From assembly GCA_021613535.1 (NCBI GenBank), contig CP075493.1:17980001-18044000 (forward strand): a DNA stretch of 64,000 nucleotides, written 5' to 3'. The translations under genes and the position numbers were made by a program. The DNA comes from Adineta vaga (lineage: Eukaryota > Animalia > Rotifera). A model generated the notes under the pieces. The model saw nothing but the letters and a program-made list of their open reading frames with translations. It was not told the origin of the DNA and did not search any database. Of the stretch, positions 42,601 to 50,063 are shown one piece after another (positions within the stretch are counted from its first letter, which is position 1; each line of letters begins with the position of its first letter).

Positions 42601-44111
42601 GGATTGATTCATTACATTGGTCGACAAGATCATCAAGTCAAACTTCGAGGACAACGCATTGAACTTGGTGAAATCGAACGATGCCTGCTCAGCATCTCTA
42701 CCATCTCTGCTTGTGTTGTCATCAAATGGAATGATGATCATCTCGTGGCTTATGTTCAATGTTCTCATAGTATACATGAACAGCAACTGAGAGAACATTG
42801 TCAATCTCATCTTCCACCACATATGATTCCATCGTTCTTCGTCATCCTCGAACAACTACCTCTGAATGTCAATGGAAAGATCGATCGAAAGCGTCTTCCT
42901 GTACCTCAGTTTTCATTATCGACTTCTTTAGCATTGGATGCTTTGTTAGCGCCTAAAACGCGTTTAGAACAATCTGTAGAAGGTGTTTGGCGTCAAATTC
43001 TCCAATGTGATGAAAAGTTTATATCCACAACCGCAAACTTCTTTGACGTTGGTGGCTATTCACTTCTCTTCATTCAACTGTATTATCGCTATCAGTCGTT
43101 GTTTGGTTTTGGTGCCCATTTACCTGCAATTGCTCTTTTTTCTTCAACAACCAACCATTCAACAACATGCACAGTTGCTTGAAAATAGGCTTCTATCCAA
43201 GGATATGTACGTTAAACGATGGCACGCATCAGATACAGAGCAAGGTAGGACATTTTTGATCAGAAAAAAGCAACGAAACTGATCGCTCTTTTGGTTTCAC
43301 CTTGAGACGTTGCTGTTTCCGCTCGTGCTCCTTTCTTTTTTGATGAGGAAGCTTGTTGTCCGCATGAATTTGCCGTCTGTTTAGATGATTTTGAGCATCC
43401 GTTTGTTTTATTCAATGAAAATGCCGATAATATTTTGTTCATTTTGCCGCCTGGTGAAGGTGGTGCCGAAAGCTACTTTAACAACATTGTGCCTCATTTA
43501 TCGCGATTTAGACTAGTAATATTCAACAATTACTATATGGATCTTAAAAGAAAAAATATGGGAAACGATCTGTCGTTTGAAACATTAGCTCCTGTGTATA
43601 CATAAAGTATATAAAGCAGATTCAACACAACGGTCCGTATAACTTTCTAGGCTGGAGTTTTGGTGGCATCTTGTCTTTTGAAATTTCTCGCCAGTTAAAC
43701 AATGCTGGCGAGAAAATTCGTAATGTCTTTATGATCGACTCATACTTTAATTTGATGAAGGCTTTGTGTGACATTGGCAACACAGATAAGATGGAAGTGT
43801 ATGTTACTGATCAAATACAAGGCACCTATCTACCGATAGTAAACAATGAACCATTTGGATTAAGTTTGCCCAATAGAACAACGAACATTGTATTGTTCAA
43901 AGCCAACAAGGTAGATGAACGCTTTACATCAGACGATTACCTGAAATTAAGCGAATACTATTGCAATTCATCATTTAATAATCTTGACACAATAGTGAAT
44001 CATGAATACATTCAAGTATTTCAAATGTATGACGATAGCCATGAGTCTTGGAAATTTAATAAAGAGCAAATTGTCCACATGTGCGATTATGTAACAAGTT
44101 TATTAAAATAA
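1498..44111 (+). CDS. Giant intron-containing multimodular NRPS, 5'-incomplete: [C1-A-T-C2]x5 + C1-A-T-TE, roughly 9,400 aa within the window
   Basis: Core motifs recur in every unit: [16 protein letters not shown], HHxxx[15 protein letters not shown] (A3), SFD (A4), NLYGPAE (A5), GELxVGGVG (A6), YRTGD (A7), [20 protein letters not shown] (A8), LPPHMIP (A9), NGKIDR (A10), GGHSLL (T), and GWSFG (TE) at the end. Each C2 exon ends GAA G|gtatgt and each next C1 exon starts cgtag|CA CCA GCA, giving an in-frame ...E-APASFAQ join. The only natural stop is at 44109-44111, followed by AATAAA. Four 1-2 nt frameshifts interrupt the reading as assembled. Confidence 0.88.
7988..9372 (-). mobile_element. 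Internally deleted MULE element in NRPS inter-unit intron
   Basis: SWIM ORF 8296-8631. 9-bp TSD TAATTTATC/TAATTTAAC. Degenerate TIRs with (A)TGATCAGT and ACTGATCA subterminal repeats. The homologous site at about 24970-24990 lacks the insertion. Confidence 0.8.
9647..14809 (+). CDS. NRPS unit 2 (C1-A-T-C2); exons 9647-10225, 10293-11392, 11462-11761, 11821-12151, 12212-13237, 13296-14809
   Basis: Near-identical to unit 1 except around the A pocket and intron 4. Code DIQHCSLIDK. A 1-nt deletion (GG to G) at about 13773 frameshifts C2. Confidence 0.88.
16137..17521 (-). mobile_element. MULE remnant, co-duplicated copy
   Basis: Near-identical to 7988-9372 with the same flanks; SWIM ORF 16445-16750. 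Confidence 0.8.
17796..22882 (+). CDS. NRPS unit 3 (C1-A-T-C2 with divergent A core, T and C2)
   Basis: Same intron positions (exon 4 19969-20296, exon 5 20353-21354, exon 6 21419-22882). Code DALTCVLLGK, T motif LGGHSLL, C2 motif HHAAFDR. Confidence 0.88.
23479..24033. repeat. Foldback inverted repeat (about 245-bp arms, about 65-bp spacer) in the unit 3/4 intron
   Basis: 23479-23722 is the reverse complement of about 23788-24033 with few mismatches. This explains the mirror ORFs 23587-23832(-) and 23680-23925(+). Confidence 0.9.
24289..24501. mobile_element. Small CACTG-terminus MITE with TA target duplication
   Basis: TA|CACTGTAAAA...TTTTAACAGGG|TA, with an internal inverted pair GAATTTGCAACGTATAA / TTATACGTTGCAGATTC. 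Confidence 0.55.
25250..30409 (+). CDS. NRPS unit 4 (C1-A-T-C2)
   Basis: C1, T and C2 match units 1/2, while the A core is unique from about 27190. Code DTQDIGSIGK. An extra AT at about 29837-29840 frameshifts C2. Confidence 0.88.
30650..31260 (-). mobile_element. Older, diverged MULE-related fragment in the unit 4/5 intron
   Basis: Shares CCATTCTTTGTCGAAATA, GATGGACGTGAAAG and TACTGAT repeats with the 1.4-kb MULE. Boundaries approximate. Confidence 0.5.
31517..36699 (+). CDS. NRPS unit 5 (divergent mosaic C1, A, T, C2)
   Basis: Same exon layout. C1 motif HRALFDF, code DIQHCSLIGK. T and C2 match unit 1, and the C2 exon is intact. Confidence 0.88.
38027..39410 (-). mobile_element. MULE remnant, co-duplicated copy
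   Basis: Near-identical to 7988-9372 with the same flanks; SWIM ORF 38335-38670. Confidence 0.8.
39685..43244 (+). CDS. NRPS terminal unit 6 (C1-A-T)
   Basis: C1-A essentially identical to unit 3 (code DALTCVLLGK). Unique T domain with VGGYSLL. An extra T in the run at about 43136-43141 shifts the frame. Donor CAA G|gtagga at 43244/43245. Confidence 0.85.
43307..44111 (+). CDS. Terminal exon: ACV-synthetase (PcbAB)-type thioesterase domain
   Basis: Manual translation gives [19 protein letters not shown]...FNNYY...[27 protein letters not shown]...IDSYFN...IVLFKA...DDSHESW. Catalytic Ser codon at 43656-43658. An extra TA at about 43597-43600 shifts the frame. The acceptor at 43306 is inferred. 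Confidence 0.88.
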
Positions 44112-44122
44112 ATCACCAAGAG

Positions 44123-44128
44123 AATAAA
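44123..44128 (+). promoter_or_regulatory. Probable polyadenylation signal of the NRPS gene
   Basis: AATAAA 12 nt after the TE stop codon. Confidence 0.5.
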
Positions 44129-44160
44129 TACGGTAATATAGTAACTTGTTAACTCATAAG

Positions 44161-46491
44161 GTGTGCATGAGGCAGAATTCGGCGAGAAGACAAATCTGGA
44201 TAGATCACACCTCAGTCGACAGAACTTTTTGCGCTGGCTAAGAATATGCGTCTTTCTATCTTTCTAACCTTCTAACCTTCCCGTAGTCGACTAAATTGCA
44301 ATACACAAGTGTTTTCAGAGGATTCAGAAAAGCTGCTCTTCGACTACAAGTTTCACGGCTGATATGTATGTCGAACTAGACTTTTCTCAACGAAAGTGTT
44401 TCATCTCATTCAGATACATCGAACTATAGCATCGAGATCAGTTTCATGCAATTTTATCAATCTTATGAGATTTTGCTGGCTTTCAGATATCGACGCTTGG
44501 CTTTGTCGAGACTCTTACTTTGTAAATCTATCTCCTTTTTTCTCGAAAAGCTAAAATGAATATTCCTCTATCATCTGAGCACTTAGATCAATGCGAAAAA
44601 AGTCACGCATGCTCGGGTTGTGATCTCTTGATATTATCGAGAAATGAAAATTTTCTAAAGACGTGGTCTTTCAGAAGGGACTTAATTTTGCATCCTCCTA
44701 ACAAATTAATAACACTCCAAGTTAAGACATTTTTCCGCGGTGGAAAATGTGGTAAAACTTAATCAGTATCATATGAGACCTTGACTGAGCCTTACAAGAC
44801 TCTAGAAACTTATTTGTCAAACACTGCACTGAAAAAAATTTTCGGTGAATAATAAACCCTGGAAAAGGGTTTATAGTGGCAAAATTTGTTTATTAGGGTG
44901 ATCTACCGTTTGATAAACCCGTTTCCCGTTTATAACTGTTCAAGGATTTGCCACCATAAACCCTTTTCCAGGGTTTATTATCCACCGAAAATTTTTTTCA
45001 GTGTGGTTCTCCGGGTGTTCGCACAACACCTCTCGCGTTATAGGATGAATTTCGTCTAACTAGTACTAGATCTGAGAAATAGTTTATTTCTTTGCTTCCG
45101 AAATTCATAATTAAGAATAAATAAGAACAAAAATTACATAAGTGATGTTTGCCTATTTGTTAGTGATCATCTTACAATCTGCACAAACAACGATCGGTGC
45201 AAAAAATAGCTAAACATTTGTGTTCTTTTGTTAGATACGTATACTTTCTTCTCAGATTTGAGTCTGACACGATTTTAAGGTCGAAACGTGTTCAACATGC
45301 ACAGTTTTCTCTTCCAATATGGAGTGGCGCATACAAAAAGAATTGTTTTGTCAATGAAAATTGTCTAACGAAAATTCAAGTGTGTCCTTAAGACTTTTAC
45401 TAATGATACAACATATAATAGAGTATTTCAACTTGTCCTCATTGATCATATAAGTACAATATTGCGCAGTATGAAAAGTGACCTATTCCGATCTCGATCG
45501 GCAATATACTTTTTTCTTTATTCTAAAATAACCTTTCGTTTTCTTAAACTCAAGAAAAACTGCAAATCTAAAAGTCGATGTGTTGTCACACTTTCCAGGA
45601 AAAGGGAATGTTTATCTCTCAATAATCCTTTTTTCCAATCATATCCCCTTCTTTTTTACTTTTTATAAAGCACTAATCTAGGAACTGAGGGTTAATAAAG
45701 ACGCGTAAAATAATATATTAGTGGAGCTCTGAAATGATCTCTTATTACTGTTTATTTAACTCGATGATTTTTAATATGAAATAATGATGAGTAAACACCA
45801 CGAAATTCACAAAATCTCTAGAAACCAGTGTTTGACAAATAAGTTTCTAGAGTCTTGTAAGGCTCAGTCAAGGTCTCATATGATACTGATTAAGTTTTAC
45901 CACATTTTCCACCGCGGAAAAATGTCTTAACTTGGAGTGTTATTAATTTGTTAGGAGGATGCAAAATTAAGTCCCTTCTGAAAGACCACGTCTTTAGAAA
46001 ATTTTCATTTCTCGATAATATCAAGAGATCACAACCCGAGCATGCGTGACTTTTTTCGCATTGATCTAAGTGCTCAGATGATAGAGGAATATTCATTTTA
46101 GCTTTTCGAGAAAAAAGGAGATAGATTTACAAAGTAAGAGTCTCGACAAAGCCAAGCGTCGATATCTGAAAGCCAGCAAAATCTCATAAGATTGATAAAA
46201 TTGCATGAAACTGATCTCGATGCTATAGTTCGATGTATCTGAATGAGATGAAACACTTTCGTTGAGAAAAGTCTAGTTCGACATACATATCAGCCGTGAA
46301 ACTTGTAGTCGAAGAGCAGCTTTTCTGAATCCTCTGAAAACACTTGTGTATTGCAATTTAGTCGACTACGGGAAGGTTAGAAGGTTAGAAAGATAGAAAG
46401 ACGCATATTCTTAGCCAGCGCAAAAAGTTCTGTCGACTGAGGTGTGATCTATCCAGATTTGTCTTCTCGCCGAATTCTGCTTCATGCACAC
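44161..46491. repeat. Long inverted repeat or foldback element (arms 44161-44826 and 45826-46491, 666 bp)
   Basis: Arms are near-perfect reverse complements; the same spurious 68-aa ORF appears on both strands. About 1 kb non-coding spacer and no obvious TSD. Confidence 0.92.
44827..45003. mobile_element. 177-bp CACTG...CAGTG MITE (CMC/CACTA-like) nested at the inner end of the left arm
   Basis: About 60-bp TIRs and TG duplicated on both sides. Removing it extends the outer inverted repeat (ACTGGTT). Confidence 0.8.
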
Positions 46492-47116
46492 GGAGCAAAA
46501 GGAAATAAACAGAAATTTTAAGTTTATTTTTAGTTTTTAGTTTTGTTCCGAACTGAACGCATTATATTGAAAGCATCCATACATTTGTTTTTCATGCAAC
46601 CAGTGATCCTTATGTTTCAAGTTTCGCAATTCATCTTATTTTTAATCAGTTTTCTATTTATGATTGTAAAACACTAATAAATATCAATCTTATAATTTTC
46701 CAAACATCATAAACAAGATTTAATAAAAATAAACGGAATACATATTTTCGCGACTTCGGAGAGGATCATGTGAAAAATACTTTGTTTGTGGCTTTGTGTC
46801 TCAGTTTGTGCCAGGGTGAAAAAATCATTGGATGGATAAATCTAGGAATAAAAATCGGCTTTTGAATCTGTCTGGTCCGAATTCGGATCAACGAGATTTT
46901 AGGTGGGGTTTGCTTCAGAAATTTTTGGATGAACTCTATTAGTTGCTTAGACCAACTTGAGGTTATCGATGATGCTGTTTCAGATGAGGTATATATCAAG
47001 GGGATCTGTACTAACAGAGACCGACTTTCGATTCTCATCGGCTGAAGTTCTGACCAATCAGTTCTCAAGAAGGTTTTTGGCACTATTTGTCAGGGTGTGA
47101 TGCTGAGTGGTTAGCT

Positions 47117-47161
47117 ACCATGACCGGTTATCGTCCTTGCTAAAGGGACTCATCAGATGAC
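47117..47161 (-). ncRNA. Variant or degenerate minimal hammerhead ribozyme
   Basis: Minus strand GTCAT-CTGATGA-GTCC(9 nt)GGAC-GA[T]AA-CCGG-TC-ATGGT; one extra T in the GAAA box. Confidence 0.6.
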
Positions 47162-47174
47162 TGACATCTTCTTA

Positions 47175-47202
47175 TGAGGGTGTGTGAGGGTGTGTGTGTG
47201 AG
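47175..47202 (+). repeat. Interstitial telomere-like repeats (TGAGGG/TG)
   Basis: TGAGGG TGTG TGAGGG TGTGTGTGTGAG, with a shorter CAGGGTGTGA at 47091-47100. TGAGGG and TGTGGG are the telomeric hexamers known from bdelloids. Confidence 0.55.
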
Positions 47203-47815
47203 TAAGAGCAGCCATAACATGTTTCGACCATCAGTGTGAAGCTAGCACGACGAAGAGCTAGCACCATCTACCAAACTACCAATCAAATTACATCCATAAA
47301 ATACCATCAGTATCCATAGATTACCAACACAAACCTCCTTAGTTACCATGAAAAACGATCATCTGAAAGCCATCTCATTCAAAAAATCTTATAGCATTAA
47401 CAGCAGCTTTGAATTTTAATTTCATTATTAATTTAAAAAATTAATTAAAAAAGAATCAACAAAATAATTGATTTAATTGAGCAATAATTTATTTAATAAT
47501 TTAATTAATTTTTACAATACACAAGAAAAATTTTTGTCGACGTTTCGGGAATTATCTCCCCATTATTAAGACCGTAAGAATTGGTCTTAAAAGCGATCAA
47601 CATACATGCACGAAGAGAGAAAAAAACGACAGACCGACAGAACGAAGAAAAGAGAAGAAAAAGAAAAATTATCAGGTTGTAACTTATAGAAGAAAATTCT
47701 AAAGCTATCTCTACTAGGCATGAAATCTGAGTTATGTTTTATCATAAGACTAGAAAATATCCATTGGTAGTGAATCACTCGTTGACTTAATTTTGACCTT
47801 AGGTTTATATGTTTT

Positions 47816-48030
47816 TAATATGAAAACAACTTGATCTATATAACTAGGATATAAACCAAATTGCTAAACCCAACTTTTGCTTTTCAGCAATCGATTCAAA
47901 GTCAAAAAGTAACTTGATAAATTAATGGATAGATGTTTGAAAATGATATATAATATAATAAATGCAGAGTTTAGCTTTGCCGACGCGTTTCATGTATTTA
48001 TTTAAAAAATAAAGAACACTCATCAGGGCT
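47816..48030 (-). repeat. pLTR copy downstream of the RT
   Basis: 47816-47991 is a 176-bp direct repeat of 52074-52249, followed by the rest of the hammerhead. Confidence 0.9.
47979..48029 (-). ncRNA. Minimal type I hammerhead ribozyme
   Basis: GCC-CTGATGA-GTGT...ACAT-GAAA-CGCG-TC-GGC; 3-bp stem I and palindromic ACGCGT stem III typical of PLE hammerheads. Confidence 0.85.
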
Positions 48031-48167
48031 CTGCATATTATAAAAAACTTTAGCAAACAAGTGATGGAAAATGAAATAATAAATGTCAAATATATATATA
48101 TATATGTATAGATATGAGAACGAGAAAATATACAATGAAAAGATTATTTTATGAAAACCATACCTAT

Positions 48168-50063
48168 TTATAATTGACGAGTATGAACCAATTGTTGTTG
48201 GAGATTTTCAGAATTACGAGTACCAAGAATAGGAACGATATCGTTGATCGGTGATTTATCAAAATATTCATTCCATAAATGATGAAATTTCTTAGGAAAT
48301 ATTCTCATACTGGAACAATAAGTAAAATGGATGAACATTGTTTGATTATAATCGATCGGTATCTTAGGTTCAAACGAATGATTGATAACTTGTTGACGTA
48401 ATTTTGGAAAATTTTCTGTATTAAATAATTCATTGATATTGAATTTATTAAATACATTTTGGAATTGTTCGTCAATGAATTTGATAGGATATTTATTTAT
48501 AAGTAGATCCATACGTAAACGACTTCTTTCTTTCGAATAAGCGTCATATGTTGAAGAATATCGGATCGCACGTATAAACATAGCGAAAGGAATATTCTTT
48601 TTCATATGTAATGGATGTATACTATTGAACGGTAAATAATATGGTTCATAGGATGGTTTATGATAGACTTGTGTAAATAATTGACCATTTTGGTTTTCAA
48701 TAGATAAATCGAGAAAATTAATTTGATGACCAATAGTTGGAATTAAATTGATATTTTCGTCGAATGTATTCCATCGATTGATTTGTTTTTGAAAATGTTG
48801 TAAAGGCCAATTAATTATAATAAATATATCATCAATATATCGGAAGTAGAGACCACCACTATTTGTAATTTGTCTGATAATATTTTGTTCAAAAAAGAAC
48901 ATATAACAATTAGCAATAGTGAGAGTTAATGGAGAACCCATAGCTCCGCCTCGGATTTGATGATAAAATTGATTATTGTAAGAAAAATAATTATTTTTCA
49001 TCACAAATCTTGCAAGACGAATAATTGCCTCTACCTTTAAATTTTTAATTTGTTTTAATTGATGATAATCTAACATTTGTTTTAATGTTAATACACCTTC
49101 TATTTGTGGAATCATTGTATAAAGATCTGTAACATCGATTGTTGATAATAAACTTTCTTTGTTTAATTTAGTTATTGACCATTTTTGTAAATGTTTAATT
49201 AATTCAAAACTAGATGTAACTGTTGTTTTTGAAGCCATTTGATCAAATAGTGGTCGTAATAAATTATCGAGAAACTTCGATATCTTCAATGTTGGATGTT
49301 TAAGACCAGAAATGATTGGACGTAAAGGTGTATTAGGTTTATGTGTTTTTGGAAGATAATAGAGATGAGCTAATTCAACTTCATCTGATTTTACACATAA
49401 TTCTTCATATTGTTTTTGTGTAATCCATTTAGTTAATCGAAGATCTAACAAATATTGATTTGTCCGTTGAACGAGATCAGGTAAAGGATCAATTGAACCA
49501 AGACATTGATATGCTTTGGTTTTGTTCATATATTCTGTGGACTTTTGTTCATAATCTTCTTTTTTACCTAAATGAAATACTTTGGATTTGTCTGTTTTTC
49601 TAATGATTGTATTCGTTAATTTTAATTTATATTTTAATCGTTTTAATGTTCGGTGATAATTTTTCTTCTTTTTATTATTATTATTATTTTCATTAATTTG
49701 ATGCTGATGACTATGATTTGTACAATTATGTAAATTTTGAAGTAATCCATCTAATTTATTAATAAATTCATCAACTGAACGACCAGGACATACTTTTCTA
49801 TCGAAGAAACGACTTTCAATTTTTCTCTTTAAAGTTGTTAATTCAATAGTACGTCGTCGAATTGCTGTTTGAGGATTATCATAAATAAATTGTGGACCTA
49901 ATTGTAATAAATCATATTCATTATCAGTTAAATTAATGTGTGATGTTTCTTTGATTATATTCGGACGGATAGTGTCGTTCCCAAAGAACGAATATGAGTC
50001 GTTGGAACGATTGTTTCTTTTGTTGCTATTAAATTGATATCGTCCTCGACTCGATATTCCTCT
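48168..50063 (-). CDS. Athena-type (Penelope-like) reverse transcriptase without GIY-YIG endonuclease, translated by -1 frameshift from ORF1
   Basis: IRKTDKSK, LYYLPKTHK, LRPIIS, DVTDLYTMIP, QIRGGAMGSPL, RYIDDIF and FLDL motifs. The frame stays open upstream of the annotated Met (49529) to the slippery site. Confidence 0.93.
   Translation of the reverse strand, partial: RGISSRGRYQFNSNKRNNRSNDSYSFFGNDTIRPNIIKETSHINLTDNEYDLLQLGPQFIYDNPQTAIRRRTIELTTLKRKIESRFFDRKVCPGRSVDEFINKLDGLLQNLHNCTNHSHQHQINENNNNNKKKKNYHRTLKRLKYKLKLTNTIIRKTDKSKVFHLGKKEDYEQKSTEYMNKTKAYQCLGSIDPLPDLVQRTNQYLLDLRLTKWITQKQYEELCVKSDEVELAHLYYLPKTHKPNTPLRPIISGLKHPTLKISKFLDNLLRPLFDQMASKTTVTSSFELIKHLQKWSITKLNKESLLSTIDVTDLYTMIPQIEGVLTLKQMLDYHQLKQIKNLKVEAIIRLARFVMKNNYFSYNNQFYHQIRGGAMGSPLTLTIANCYMFFFEQNIIRQITNSGGLYFRYIDDIFIIINWPLQHFQKQINRWNTFDENINLIPTIGHQINFLDLSIENQNGQLFTQVYHKPSYEPYYLPFNSIHPLHMKKNIPFAMFIRAIRYSSTYDAYSKERSRLRMDLLINKYPIKFIDEQFQNVFNKFNINELFNTENFPKLRQQVINHSFEPKIPIDYNQTMFIHFTYCSSMRIFPKKFHHLWNEYFDKSPINDIVPILGTRNSENLQQQLVHTRQL

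Noticed and set aside
1-44111. Bacterial or fungal contaminant contig
   Set aside because: Consistent spliceosomal introns exclude bacteria, and contiguity with Athena/Terminon-type elements favours a rotifer host. Not formally proven.
44556-46096. Duplicated 68-aa ORF on both strands
   Set aside because: By-product of the inverted repeat, with no recognisable motif.
47205-47265. Another hammerhead (CTGATGG-TC-GAAACATGTTA on the minus strand)
   Set aside because: No stem II and no convincing stem I; at most a remnant.
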